Assembly (NCBI GenBank): GCA_964562805.1
Contig: CAZLUT010000002.1
Span: 1,172-65,171 of the forward strand
Direction: 5' to 3'
From: an uncultured bacterium
GTDB taxonomy: Bacteria > Omnitrophota > Omnitrophia > Omnitrophales > CAZLUT01
DNA length: 64,000 nt
The translations under genes were made by a program, and so were the position numbers. The notes under the pieces are model-generated. The model was not told where the DNA came from. It made no database searches and was given only the letters and a program-made list of their open reading frames with translations. This document shows positions 45,859-55,815 of the stretch, piece by piece; position 1 is the stretch's first letter, and every line of letters begins with the position of its first letter.

Positions 45859-47576
45859 ATCGAATACCTTTCGTGCTGAGATCCATGGTAATGAATCGGG
45901 TTTAAAAACTCTTCATATTGAAACTGCTTAGCTTTACGTTTCAACAAGACTCTCTCGCCGTCATCGTAAATTAATTCTAAATCAGAATCTTTTTTAAGCT
46001 TATTAATCTTATCATTAATCCAATTTTTGTCATAAGGATAAGCGTTAACCGAACGGGCAAAGAAGTAGCAATCCGCATTGTTGTAGATCGGGTTATAAGG
46101 ATGCCCCTTTTTTTCATAAGGCCCTGAAAAATACATATTAAATTTTTTATAACCAATATAGGGAAGCAGGTGGCCTTGTGTTGCAACGATTGCCTGAGGA
46201 GGCAATTTTGAAATTTCAGAGATTGTTTTTATTTGAAAAGCATTAATGCTATGGCTAAGAAAATTTCCACCGGAAAGTAAGAGTAGAATAAGGAAAAAGC
46301 CCCGCAAAAAATATTCTTGCCATGAAAATTTATTTAGCCAGTTGGACAAGTTTCTAAGTCCTGATACGAAAGCAAAGAATAGAAAAGGAATGACTACAGC
46401 TGAGTAATGAAAGCGCAAATCAGAAAAATGTCCGTGCTCATCGTTCCACATACAAAAAGGAGGAATAAGTGCGGCCAGCACCATCAAATACCAAGGAGAA
46501 AGGAGAGGTAAGAACAATGTTAATTGAAGCAGTTTTAACTGTGTCTTAATTTTGGCATACGGCCAGAAAAGATTTTCTATTAAAACCCAGGGGTGAGTTA
46601 AATAATAAATTAAAACTTCTTTTGAGTTGGAGCCGACATCTTGGAAATTATTTGTTGAGCCCGCTAAAATGTTACTTCCCGTAAAAGGCAGAAAAATTTG
46701 CGTAAGAAAAAGAGCGTATAGTGTAGAAAGGGCTATAGAGACAAGCCCGAACCTGCGCTTTCCTTTAAAGAAAAGAAAAAATAAGCCGAGAGCCAGCACG
46801 TAAAGCGCAGCATCTTCCTTGACTAGCAGTATCAATATTATTGAGAAAATGTAGCTTTTAAATTTATTGCAAACAAAAAAGTAGAGTGCGGTAAAAATCA
46901 GGAGCGGATAAAAAGCCTCAACCAAAAAATTCATTTCTAATAAGTTTAGAAGATAGCGAAAATTTAAATATAGAAAAGCTATTGCAAGAGGTAGCCAAGT
47001 GTTCGGAAAAATACGGCGGGCGAGCAAAAAAAGAGGCAGTGCTCCCAGCGCCAAAAGAGGGCCGTAGACAACAATTAGAAACAAAGAATTTTTAAATAGG
47101 AGCCAGAACGGAGCGAAAATGTAGAGAACATTGTTTGCGTGATAAAACCAATGGAGCATGCCGGTAAAATTAATCTTACCTTGCCAGAAATAATGCAGCA
47201 TGTAGTCGTAAAAAGAAAATGGAAGGAAATTGATGTTTGCAGTCAAATAAGATGTGATTTGATTCCACAGAAAAAGGATGCTGTAGACGCTTATCAGAAC
47301 AGCAATTCCTTTGTAGCCCCGAGACCATTTTGTGAGATTGGTAAATATAGTGTTAACCCAAATCTTTCGGTTTGGATGAATGAGAACCCCAGCAGTTACT
47401 AGAATGAGAAAAAATTGATAAATTTTCCTTATAGATTTACTGCCAAAAACTTTCGGCAGCCACTCAGGGGCCGGATACCCGGCGATAATCATAATCAGAC
47501 ATAAAACTCCTGTGAATCCTGCTAAAAAGAGTATTGATGTTGAGATGGTTTTTAAGGCAGTATTAGGCTTAATCAT
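45855..47576 (-). CDS. Polytopic membrane protein, GT-C-like (DUF2079-like) putative glycosyltransferase
   Basis: 573 aa, more than 12 TM helices. ATGA overlap with the downstream GT2 on the same strand. Confidence 0.4.
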   Translation of the reverse strand: MIKPNTALKTISTSILFLAGFTGVLCLIMIIAGYPAPEWLPKVFGSKSIRKIYQFFLILVTAGVLIHPNRKIWVNTIFTNLTKWSRGYKGIAVLISVYSILFLWNQITSYLTANINFLPFSFYDYMLHYFWQGKINFTGMLHWFYHANNVLYIFAPFWLLFKNSLFLIVVYGPLLALGALPLFLLARRIFPNTWLPLAIAFLYLNFRYLLNLLEMNFLVEAFYPLLIFTALYFFVCNKFKSYIFSIILILLVKEDAALYVLALGLFFLFFKGKRRFGLVSIALSTLYALFLTQIFLPFTGSNILAGSTNNFQDVGSNSKEVLIYYLTHPWVLIENLFWPYAKIKTQLKLLQLTLFLPLLSPWYLMVLAALIPPFCMWNDEHGHFSDLRFHYSAVVIPFLFFAFVSGLRNLSNWLNKFSWQEYFLRGFFLILLLLSGGNFLSHSINAFQIKTISEISKLPPQAIVATQGHLLPYIGYKKFNMYFSGPYEKKGHPYNPIYNNADCYFFARSVNAYPYDKNWINDKINKLKKDSDLELIYDDGERVLLKRKAKQFQYEEFLNPIHYHGSQHERYSM

Positions 47577-47630
47577 TGGGGAAGTTTATCGAAAATATAT
47601 TAAATATTAAAGATATAAAGATAGGAACAG

Positions 47631-49259
47631 GTGATTTACGGCGAAATAAACGATATAATCCCGGCAAAACGAAAGCGGATACTAATGAAAGAAAATTATT
47701 TAGCCGGATTTGAAGGAAAGATCGCGAAGCTGTTAACACTCCTCGATAGAAACCCCTATTCAAAAACATGCGGGTGTTTTGACCGCAATTTTTGGCACTA
47801 TAAAATAAAAGATTTTCCCTCAGGAATGTCTCAAGAGTTTGCTTTAGCTCTAGCTTTGGTTCATGAACTTAAAGATTCGGCCAACCCTTTTTACAAAAAA
47901 GAAACGCTTGCATCATATGTGGCTTCAGCGATTCAATATGCTCATGTCTCATCACGGAAAGATGGATCTTGTGATGATTATTTCCCTTATGAAAGGGCGT
48001 TAGGGGCAGCCGTCTTTTCTCTTTATGCTCTTACGGAGTCTTATTTGCTTTTAGACTTGGGCAATAAGGACCATATTGATTTTTTTAAATTGCGTGCCAA
48101 ATGGATCATGACAAATGATGAATCGGGACGCCTTTCAAATCATCACGCTATTGCGGCCCTTGCCCTTTATAACGTTTATCTGATCACGAATGATGCTATT
48201 TTTAAGAAAGCGGCCCAGAAAAAGGTAGAGCAAGTTCTCGAGTGGCAAAATGAAGAGGGGTGGTACGAGGAGTATGAGGGCTGTGACCCGGGTTATTTGA
48301 CGGTTTCCATTGATTTTCTTGCGCAATATTACAAAAAAACAGAAGATGCGAAAGTGTTAGCCTCATTAGAAAAGGCTCTAGATTTCTTTTATCAAATCCA
48401 AAATCCTGACGGGACATTGAGCCCGGAGGTCGGATCACGATTCACGGCTATTTTTCATCCTAATGGGTTTGAAATATTAGCCGAAAAATTTGAAAAAGCA
48501 GCCCGGGTGGCTAATTCCTATTTATCTGCCAAGATTGGAAATCGACTGCCTGATATGAGTGATGATTATGTCATAGGGCATATGCTGATATCTGAGCTAA
48601 ATGCTTTTAAGAATTTTAAACGGAGAGATGTCTCTCACCTTAACACTTCATTCGAAACACAAAAGAGTTTGTATTATAAAAAGGCCGGTCTTTTTATTCG
48701 AAGCAATGGAAAAAAATGGGCAATTTTTAATCTTTTAAAAGGAGGATCAGGCAGGATCTATGATGAAGGTAAGCTTGTTTACAGCGATTCGGGCGTGGTA
48801 GCTAAAAAAGGAAAGGGGCTTCTCGTTTCTGCGATGGTGGATCCTGAAGCTATGATACAGATCCGTGAGAATGGTTTTGTCGTGCGTAAACACTTGATGA
48901 TCTATGCGCAAAAATACGCGACGCCACTCATTTTTTTATTATTTCGTCAATTCCTTTTCTTCTTCGGTCCATTTAAGAGGTCAAGCCAACGTTTAAGAAA
49001 GTTTTTACAGAAAAAAATGATCCTTGGCAAAAAACCGGCCGTTGCTTTCTATGAAAGAGGTATTTCTTTTAGCGGAGAAGAGATCGTGATAAAAGATCGA
49101 ATCGAAAAAAGCGAAGGAATTACTAAAGCCTCCTTAAGTCAAAGCCTTGTCCCGCGTTACATTGCTGTTTCTGAATGTTTTGAAATAGAGTCTCTTAACA
49201 GAAAATTTATTCCTTTGGAGGGTAAGGGCGGGATTTTTGAGAAATCTCAGGTCGTTTAA
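47631..49259 (+). CDS. Conserved hypothetical protein, possibly an alpha/alpha-toroid polysaccharide-modifying enzyme; C-terminal hydrophobic segment
   Basis: 542-aa ORF with no stop. Helix-rich repeats (ALALVHELKD, AIAALALYNVYLITND). No motif that I can assign. GTG start uncertain. Confidence 0.3.
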   Translation: MIYGEINDIIPAKRKRILMKENYLAGFEGKIAKLLTLLDRNPYSKTCGCFDRNFWHYKIKDFPSGMSQEFALALALVHELKDSANPFYKKETLASYVASAIQYAHVSSRKDGSCDDYFPYERALGAAVFSLYALTESYLLLDLGNKDHIDFFKLRAKWIMTNDESGRLSNHHAIAALALYNVYLITNDAIFKKAAQKKVEQVLEWQNEEGWYEEYEGCDPGYLTVSIDFLAQYYKKTEDAKVLASLEKALDFFYQIQNPDGTLSPEVGSRFTAIFHPNGFEILAEKFEKAARVANSYLSAKIGNRLPDMSDDYVIGHMLISELNAFKNFKRRDVSHLNTSFETQKSLYYKKAGLFIRSNGKKWAIFNLLKGGSGRIYDEGKLVYSDSGVVAKKGKGLLVSAMVDPEAMIQIRENGFVVRKHLMIYAQKYATPLIFLLFRQFLFFFGPFKRSSQRLRKFLQKKMILGKKPAVAFYERGISFSGEEIVIKDRIEKSEGITKASLSQSLVPRYIAVSECFEIESLNRKFIPLEGKGGIFEKSQVV

Positions 49260-50212
49260 TGAAAAAAAGATTTCTTTCACTTCTTTTAACGCTTTTGATC
49301 TTCTCCCTGATCTTTAAAAGCATCGATCTTAATTCATTCAAAGAAGCTGTAACCCAGATTAATTACCGTTATTTATTACTGGCTTTAAGTTATTTTTTAA
49401 TCTATCCATTTATTGGAATTGAACGTTGGCGTCGCATGGTGACCGCGCGCTACCCTTTTAAATTTAAGGAAGCATTCAAGATTTATTTTATAGGCGAGTC
49501 GCTGAATCTCGCCCTGCCTTCCAAAGCCGGAGATCTTTCTAAGGGGTATTTTCTTAAGAAGGCCGGAGTATCGTCTTTCTCCTATGGCTTAAGCACAGTG
49601 GTTTTTGAAAAGCTTTTGGACTTTTTGTCGCTCGGATTTGCTTTTTTGATCGGGTTGCTGTTTATTCACGGCAGCGGGGAATTTGTCGGAAAGATAATTT
49701 CGATTATTGCGCTTTTTGGCGCGGCTTTTATCTTTTTCTTATTTTTAGACAAAATGAGATTTATTCGAGGCCTTCTTTACAAGTTCAAGTTAAAAAAGAT
49801 ATTAAGATCATTTCGAGACATTATATCTTTCGTTAGGGTCATTAAAAAAAACCATCACCGGGTTTTGTTTTTTTCTCTCATTTTTGTTTCGATCATTTTT
49901 TGGCTGGGGCATTTTTTTCAAATATGGCTGTTTTTTAAAGCCGCCAATATGGACATTACTTTTTTACAGGTTCTTTTTTATGTGCCTATTGCTATTTTTG
50001 TGACCCTCATTCCGATTACGATTGCTGGGATGGGGACCCGGGATGCGATGCTGATTTTTTTACTTCAAGGCTTTATACCACGTGCCACGATTGTTTTGGG
50101 TGGACTTCTTATAACGCTTCGTTATTTTATCCCCGCGGCGTTTGGTTTGCTGTTTATTAAGAATGCGGTCGACTATGTAAAGATCAAAAAACCCAAACGA
50201 ATTAAAAAATGA
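49259..50212 (+). CDS. Flippase-like domain membrane protein (UPF0104/LPG-synthase TM region-like)
   Basis: Roughly 8 TM helices. N-terminal pattern ...NYRYLLLALSYFLIYPFIGIERWRRM. TAATG overlap upstream. Confidence 0.5.
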   Translation: MKKRFLSLLLTLLIFSLIFKSIDLNSFKEAVTQINYRYLLLALSYFLIYPFIGIERWRRMVTARYPFKFKEAFKIYFIGESLNLALPSKAGDLSKGYFLKKAGVSSFSYGLSTVVFEKLLDFLSLGFAFLIGLLFIHGSGEFVGKIISIIALFGAAFIFFLFLDKMRFIRGLLYKFKLKKILRSFRDIISFVRVIKKNHHRVLFFSLIFVSIIFWLGHFFQIWLFFKAANMDITFLQVLFYVPIAIFVTLIPITIAGMGTRDAMLIFLLQGFIPRATIVLGGLLITLRYFIPAAFGLLFIKNAVDYVKIKKPKRIKK

Positions 50213-52053
50213 ATCTAATTAATAATTTTCAGAGCATTCTAATCGCAGCAACTTTTTTACCTATAGTTTATTTTTTGGGCAGTTTATTTTTGCTGAAAAC
50301 CGATTCGCTTTCAATCGAGTGGAAAGGAATCGTACGGCAGGCTATCGGCTTTGGCATTTTGAGTTATCTGATGGTTCTTTTGGGGGTGTTAGGCTATTTA
50401 AAGGCAAGTGTATTTTGGGCTATGTATGGGATACTGCTGCTTTTATCGATTACTAAAATCCGTGGCTGGCTAGATTGGGCGGGAAACATCTGTGGGAGAT
50501 TTTCAGAAGAAACCGGGTGGCTAGGACGCTCAGCGCTTGTGCTGGGCGCAATTTATTTTTTTATTTTGCTCATTGGAACACTTGCTCCCGAAATTGGAAC
50601 CGATGCGCTTTGCTATCATTTAGCGACCCCTAAAGCCTTCCTTTCAGAGGGAAGAATTTTTTATTCCCCCTATGACATCAATTCTATATATCCTTTTTTT
50701 CAGCAGATGCTTTATCTGTTTGGATTTGGTTTAAAAAATGCTGTTTTGGCCAAAATGATTCATTTTGAGATGGGTGTCCTTCTTTTTCTTTCCGTTTTTT
50801 TAATTTTAAAAAGATTCCAAGTCTGCCAGGCATTTTTTTGGGCGCTGCTTTTTATGATAACGCCCGGCATTACCAATCAAATGACAACGGCTTTTACGGA
50901 TATCGCTTTAACGCTTTATGTCTTACTTGGAATATACTTTTTATTTGACGGCGTTGAAACAAACAAGAAGCTCTTTTGTTTTTTGGGCGGGCTTTTCTTC
51001 GGCTTTGCGTTCTCAGTTAAAGCAATAGCAGGAATCTATCTGGCGGGCGCCGCGGCGGCGTGTTTTGTTATTTTGTTTTCAGGGAAAGAAAAAAAATATT
51101 TAAGCGGATTTGCAGCTGGAACATTTCTGGCACTGCTCGCTTTCCTTTTAGCGTGCAGCTTTTGGTATTTGAGAACCTACCTAGTCATAAATAATCCCTT
51201 TTACCCTTATTTTTCAGGCGTTGGGTCTGGCGTTGAATACAACGTTGGAGGACGGGGGATCTCGTTTTTGAATTTTATTTTACTTCCGTGGGATTTAATA
51301 GTTCATGCCACCTCGTTTGGTAATCGAAGCGATCAGATAGGCCCGGTTTTTTCGCTGATCTTACCCTTTGCTATCTGGGCTGGAATTAAGATCAAACAAG
51401 CAAGATATTATTTGAGCATGGTTTTAGTCTCTTTAGTTTTATGGTTTTTGGTGGCAGAACGATCTCGGTTTCTATATCCGGCGCTGCCGCTCTATTTTGT
51501 ATCCGGAATTGCCGGAATAGAGCTTTTTCGGGAAAGATTTTTTAAGGTAGGCACTTTATTAAGGCTCCTGTTTTTTACGGTCCTTTTAGGAGGTGTTGCT
51601 TTGAGCGCTTACCATTACCGTTATCAGATGAAATTGTTTACAAATACGTGGAGCCAGCAGGATTTTAGGCAAAATTTGGAGCGAAGCAAAGTAATCACAG
51701 ATTACATCAATCAGGAACTGTCGGAAAATGTAAAGATTTTAAATGCTGAAGAAATTCATCGGTTTTATTTTGAAAAACCAATCGTGAGAGAAGGTTTGTT
51801 TGCAAAGGAAACGCGCTATCACGAAAAGCATAAAACACCAGGAGAGATAATTAGCTTTTTGAAAGAAAATGGATTTACTCATGTTTTGATTTCAGAGCCG
51901 ATTGGGACTAAAAGAAACCTTGATAACCTTCGTGTTGGGGTGATCCTTAGCAATAAAAAATACGCGAACAAGTATTTTGAAAAAGTATTTGAGGGCGATT
52001 CGCTAAATAAAAAAGATCAGAAACATCACTATATTCTTTACCGGATCGAATAG
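50209..52053 (+). CDS. GT-C family membrane glycosyltransferase (ArnT/PMT-like) with a C-terminal soluble domain
   Basis: Roughly 13 TM helices followed by a 150-aa hydrophilic domain. ATGA overlap. Confidence 0.5.
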   Translation: MNLINNFQSILIAATFLPIVYFLGSLFLLKTDSLSIEWKGIVRQAIGFGILSYLMVLLGVLGYLKASVFWAMYGILLLLSITKIRGWLDWAGNICGRFSEETGWLGRSALVLGAIYFFILLIGTLAPEIGTDALCYHLATPKAFLSEGRIFYSPYDINSIYPFFQQMLYLFGFGLKNAVLAKMIHFEMGVLLFLSVFLILKRFQVCQAFFWALLFMITPGITNQMTTAFTDIALTLYVLLGIYFLFDGVETNKKLFCFLGGLFFGFAFSVKAIAGIYLAGAAAACFVILFSGKEKKYLSGFAAGTFLALLAFLLACSFWYLRTYLVINNPFYPYFSGVGSGVEYNVGGRGISFLNFILLPWDLIVHATSFGNRSDQIGPVFSLILPFAIWAGIKIKQARYYLSMVLVSLVLWFLVAERSRFLYPALPLYFVSGIAGIELFRERFFKVGTLLRLLFFTVLLGGVALSAYHYRYQMKLFTNTWSQQDFRQNLERSKVITDYINQELSENVKILNAEEIHRFYFEKPIVREGLFAKETRYHEKHKTPGEIISFLKENGFTHVLISEPIGTKRNLDNLRVGVILSNKKYANKYFEKVFEGDSLNKKDQKHHYILYRIE

Positions 52054-52072
52054 TCCAGTTATTATACCCGCT

Positions 52073-52981
52073 ATGAAACAAGCAGAAATTATTAAATCAG
52101 ATCTTGATGTTACAGTATTGCTCCCTGCCTTTAATGAGGAGAAGGCGATTGCGGCAGTCATTGATGACATTAATCAAGTTATGGAAAATACTCGCTATCA
52201 ATATGAAATTTTGGTAGTGGATGATTGCTCAAAAGACCGAACAGTTGAAATCTCGCTTGAAAAAGGCGCCCGAGTAGAACAGCATGTAACGAACAAAGGA
52301 AGCGGTGCAGCGCGCAGAACGGGTATTCGCCGCGCTCGGGGCGAAATTATCGTAGTTTTAGATGCGGACGGCACTTATTCGCCGCAAGATATCCCCAAAA
52401 TGCTTGAGATGTTTCCTAAGTATGATCAAGTGAATGGAGCCAGGACTTCCGAAGAAGGTACCTTAAAGATATTGAGAGCGCCAACCAAATGGTTTATTAG
52501 AAAGCTGGCTTGTTATTTATCGAAATCAAATATCCCCGACCTTAATACGGGTCTAAAAGCTTTTAAGCGCAGTATTATGCTGAAATATTTATGGGTAATT
52601 CCTGATGGGTTTTCCTGCGTTACGACAATGACACTTGCTTTTTTGTGTAATGGCTACAACGTAGGATGGGTTGACACCAGATATCATAAACGAATTGGGG
52701 AATCGAAATTTCACCCAATTAAAGACACAGTGAAATATATGATGACAGTTATTCGTTTAATTATTTATTTCAATCCCTTAAGTGTTTTTCTGCCCTTAGG
52801 ATCTATTGTTTTGGCTGTTGGTCTTTTGCGCTGGATTATTGTAAAGGTTACGGGAGGCGAAGGTATTTTTCTTGGCCCTATTATGGTTCTCGCAGCTTTT
52901 GTGATATACGCAATTGGGTTTTTAGCTGACCTGATTGTTGCCCAGGCTAAAAATATCAATTCAGCATCTATCGCTGAATAA
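52073..52981 (+). CDS. GtrB-like GT2 polyprenol-phosphate glycosyltransferase with two C-terminal TM helices
   Basis: VTVLLPAFNEEKAIAAVIDDI, LVVDDCSKDRT and VVLDADGTY. C-terminal helices LSVFLPLGSIVLAVGLL and FLGPIMVLAAFVIYAIGFL. Confidence 0.8.
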   Translation: MKQAEIIKSDLDVTVLLPAFNEEKAIAAVIDDINQVMENTRYQYEILVVDDCSKDRTVEISLEKGARVEQHVTNKGSGAARRTGIRRARGEIIVVLDADGTYSPQDIPKMLEMFPKYDQVNGARTSEEGTLKILRAPTKWFIRKLACYLSKSNIPDLNTGLKAFKRSIMLKYLWVIPDGFSCVTTMTLAFLCNGYNVGWVDTRYHKRIGESKFHPIKDTVKYMMTVIRLIIYFNPLSVFLPLGSIVLAVGLLRWIIVKVTGGEGIFLGPIMVLAAFVIYAIGFLADLIVAQAKNINSASIAE

Positions 52982-52997
52982 TCGGTTTTTTCCCTGT

Positions 52998-53339
52998 ATG
53001 ATTTCTGAAATCCAAGATTTTTGTAAAAAATGTCAAGAGTGCTGTAAGTGGGAAGGTTATGTCTACGTAAGCCAGTTCCGCATCGAAGAAATTTCAAAAT
53101 TTTTAAATATGCCGGCTGATAAAATTATGGATGATCATTGTGAGTTAATAGGAAAACAATTAGTTCTTAAAGGTCATGGTCACGAAGATTGTGTTTTTCT
53201 GGGTAATGGGGGCTGCGCGATTTATCCGGTCCGCCCCATGCAATGCCGAACCTTTCCGGAAGGCTGGAAGGAAGGGAATGGGGCCGAAGATTGCCCCTTG
53301 GTTAAAAAAGGTTTTTTATCTCCGAAAAAGGCCGGATAA
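52998..53339 (+). CDS. YkgJ-family CxxCxxCC zinc/iron-chelating domain protein
   Basis: CKKCQECCKWEG and C-terminal CAIYPVRPMQCRTFP. Internal ATG chosen to avoid overlap with the upstream gene. Confidence 0.6.
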   Translation: MISEIQDFCKKCQECCKWEGYVYVSQFRIEEISKFLNMPADKIMDDHCELIGKQLVLKGHGHEDCVFLGNGGCAIYPVRPMQCRTFPEGWKEGNGAEDCPLVKKGFLSPKKAG

Positions 53340-53341
53340 TT

Positions 53342-53608
53342 TTGGCTAAGGAGAAGCGCTCGGCCAAATATTTTGTTTATATCGTAAAGTGTTCTGATGG
53401 ATCGTTTTACACCGGTTATACAAATAACCTAGAGAATCGCATCAAAGCTCATAATAGCGGGCGAGGAGCAAAATGTTTGCGCGGCAAGCTTCCTATAAAG
53501 CTCGTCTATTCTGAAAAACACAAAACTCTCTCATCTGCTTTAAAGGTTGAGTACCGAATAAAAAAAATGTCACATCAAGAAAAGGCTGAAAAAGCAAAAA
53601 ATATTTAA
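53342..53608 (+). CDS. GIY-YIG domain protein (UPF0213/YhbQ-like)
   Basis: YFVYIVKCSDGSFYTGYTNNLENRIKAHN. Confidence 0.7.
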   Translation: MAKEKRSAKYFVYIVKCSDGSFYTGYTNNLENRIKAHNSGRGAKCLRGKLPIKLVYSEKHKTLSSALKVEYRIKKMSHQEKAEKAKNI

Positions 53609-53656
53609 CGAGCCTTCCGTTGTTTCTCAGGGTTTAATGTGTAGAATAACTGTCTT

Positions 53657-54982
53657 ATGAGTAAGAAAGTTTATATAAGGACCTTTGGTTGTCAGATGAA
53701 TACTTATGATTCTCAGGTGGCACTTGGGTTTTTAAAAGATAGCGGATATGATCTTATCAGTGATGAAAAGCAAGCGGATATTATTTTAATTAATACCTGC
53801 AGTGTTCGTGAGCATGCTGAAGATAGGGTGTATGGCATGCTTCATTCTCTCAAAAGAAATAAGCAGAAAAATAAGAATCTAATTATTGGTGTCTTGGGCT
53901 GCATGGTAGAAGAGCACCGGGAGAAACTTTTTCAAAAATTTCCTTATGTCGATCTTTTGTGCGGCACACGGAATTTAAAAGATCTCCCCAAGTTAATCGA
54001 AGATGTTAAGAAGAAAAAAGAGCAGATCGCGCGTATTAATCAAGAAGGGATAGGAGTTGAATATCTTGAGACAGCGCATCGAGAGTCAAAAATCCATGCA
54101 TTTTTGCCTATCATGACAGGCTGCAACAAAGCATGCACCTATTGCATCGTTCCCATTACACGCGGTCCTGAAGTTTCAGTAGCTAGTTCTGAGATATTAA
54201 AAGAGGCAAATCGTTTAGCGGGTGAAGACTTTAAACACATTACTCTTTTGGGGCAAAATGTTAATTCATACGGCAAAGACAGCATGGAAGAAATGAGTTT
54301 TGCAGAGCTTCTCGGGGAGTTAAATAAAATTAGGGGAATCGAGAAGATTAGTTTTACGACAAGTCATCCGGAAGATGCCACGCCAACACTTTTTGAAGCG
54401 ATCCGAAATCTAGAAAAAGTATCCCGAAGATTTCACTTACCCCTTCAATCCGGATCAGACAAGATTCTTAAAAGAATGAAACGGCTTCACACTATCCGGG
54501 ACTACAAGGAAAAAATTGACTTGCTGAGACGGGAAGTTCCCGATATTAGCATTACGACTGATATTATTTTGGGTTTTCCGGGGGAGAGTGAAGAAGAATA
54601 TCTGGATACCAAAAAAGCATTGGAACAAATTCGTTTTGATGGTGCTTTTATTTTTAAATACTCTGAAAGGCCCGGCACCCCGGCTGCCCGCCTTAAGGAC
54701 GACGTACCTCTAGAAATTAAAAAGAAACGGAACCAAGAGCTGTTGGATCTTCAAAAAGGAATTACAAAAGAAAATAATGCTAGGCGGGTAGGTTGCCGAT
54801 ATAAAGTATTGGTTGAAGAGCCGAGCATGAAAAATCCGGAAGAATTTTTAGGGAGAAGTGTTCAGGATCAGAAAGTGGTTTTTTCAGCCTCGGATTCTAA
54901 AAAGGTTAAAGCAGGGGAAATGGTAATGGCCAAACTAATATCGGTAAGCGGCGATACCTTTAGAGGAGAAATTTGTGAATAG
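53657..54982 (+). CDS. miaB: tRNA methylthiotransferase (MiaB-like radical SAM MTTase with TRAM domain)
   Basis: VYIRTFGCQMNTYDS, radical SAM CNKACTYC, size 441 aa. Confidence 0.75.
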   Translation: MSKKVYIRTFGCQMNTYDSQVALGFLKDSGYDLISDEKQADIILINTCSVREHAEDRVYGMLHSLKRNKQKNKNLIIGVLGCMVEEHREKLFQKFPYVDLLCGTRNLKDLPKLIEDVKKKKEQIARINQEGIGVEYLETAHRESKIHAFLPIMTGCNKACTYCIVPITRGPEVSVASSEILKEANRLAGEDFKHITLLGQNVNSYGKDSMEEMSFAELLGELNKIRGIEKISFTTSHPEDATPTLFEAIRNLEKVSRRFHLPLQSGSDKILKRMKRLHTIRDYKEKIDLLRREVPDISITTDIILGFPGESEEEYLDTKKALEQIRFDGAFIFKYSERPGTPAARLKDDVPLEIKKKRNQELLDLQKGITKENNARRVGCRYKVLVEEPSMKNPEEFLGRSVQDQKVVFSASDSKKVKAGEMVMAKLISVSGDTFRGEICE

Positions 54983-55763
54983 GTTTATATTCTTCTGTGT
55001 TTTGTGGTTTGTGGTTTGTAGTTTTATGACTTCTTGCGCTACAGCACCCAAAAGTACGGTTAACATGGGGGATCCTTCAACTTATGTAAAAGTAAATTTT
55101 CTAAAGGGTAATTATGATGAAGTAATTCGATACAGTCGGACACTCGGTATACTTAATGAAAGAGGTGATCGCTTAAGCATTCTTTATTATGTCGGCGTCA
55201 GTCAATTAGCGAAAAAAGATTTTGAAAATGCCCGCAAAAGCTTCAAACTTTTAAAAGAAAGAGATAAATCGAAAAAGTATCAGGATATATCTGATATTCG
55301 AATCGCTGATTCTTATTTTGTTGACGGAAAATATCATCAGGCCCTGAGGCTTTACGGGCCCCTTATTAGCCGATATCCCACAAGTGATTACTTACCCTAT
55401 ATTTATTACCGTTTGGTGCTGGCGAGTCAAAAGACCGGCAATTTTAAACAGGCAAAGCAATATTATGATGCGCTGCAGAAAAAATATCCTGAAAGTCTGG
55501 AGTCAGTGCGCCTTGAAATGGCCTTGGATCCGATGGATTTAGATGGTTACAGTGTTCAGGTCGGCTCGTTTTCGGATCGCGGGAAGGCCGGGCAAGTTCG
55601 CGTGAAACTTCTCAATCGTGGATACCTTGCTTCGATTCGCGAATCAAAACGGGAGGATGTTACTTATTATCGCGTTCGCATATCTTGCCAAACCCGTTCC
55701 CAAGCAGAGCGAGTGGCTGCCAAGCTTCGATTGGAAGGTTATTCGACGAAGGTCTACCCATGA
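54975..55763 (+). CDS. Lipoprotein with TPR-like (YbgF-like) region and a C-terminal SPOR domain
   Basis: Signal peptide with lipobox-like FMTSC. C-terminal YSVQVGSFSDRGKAGQVRVKLLNRGYLASI...YYRVRIS is SPOR-like. Confidence 0.6.
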   Translation: MNRFIFFCVLWFVVCSFMTSCATAPKSTVNMGDPSTYVKVNFLKGNYDEVIRYSRTLGILNERGDRLSILYYVGVSQLAKKDFENARKSFKLLKERDKSKKYQDISDIRIADSYFVDGKYHQALRLYGPLISRYPTSDYLPYIYYRLVLASQKTGNFKQAKQYYDALQKKYPESLESVRLEMALDPMDLDGYSVQVGSFSDRGKAGQVRVKLLNRGYLASIRESKREDVTYYRVRISCQTRSQAERVAAKLRLEGYSTKVYP

Positions 55764-55764
55764 G

Positions 55765-55781
55765 GCGGCCCAAGGCCGCCA
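55765..55781 (+). terminator. GC hairpin GGCGGCC-CAA-GGCCGCC immediately after a stop codon; no U-tract
   Basis: Perfect 7-bp GC stem 2 nt after the TGA of the TPR-SPOR gene. Confidence 0.3.
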
Positions 55782-55815
55782 GTGGTCAGTGATTGGTGAT
55801 TAGTGGTTAGTAAGG
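55781..55815 (-). repeat. Tandem heptamer array (5 copies, AGTGRTY on plus, which is RAYCACT on minus, the same family as CACTAAC)
   Basis: AGTGGTC AGTGATT GGTGATT AGTGGTT AGTAAGG read directly. Overlaps the predicted nnr start. Confidence 0.5.

Noticed and set aside
53342-53608. GIY-YIG protein as a mobile homing endonuclease
   Set aside because: It is an 88-aa stand-alone YhbQ/UPF0213-type GIY-YIG domain without a DNA-binding or intein/intron context. This is a common small housekeeping-type protein.
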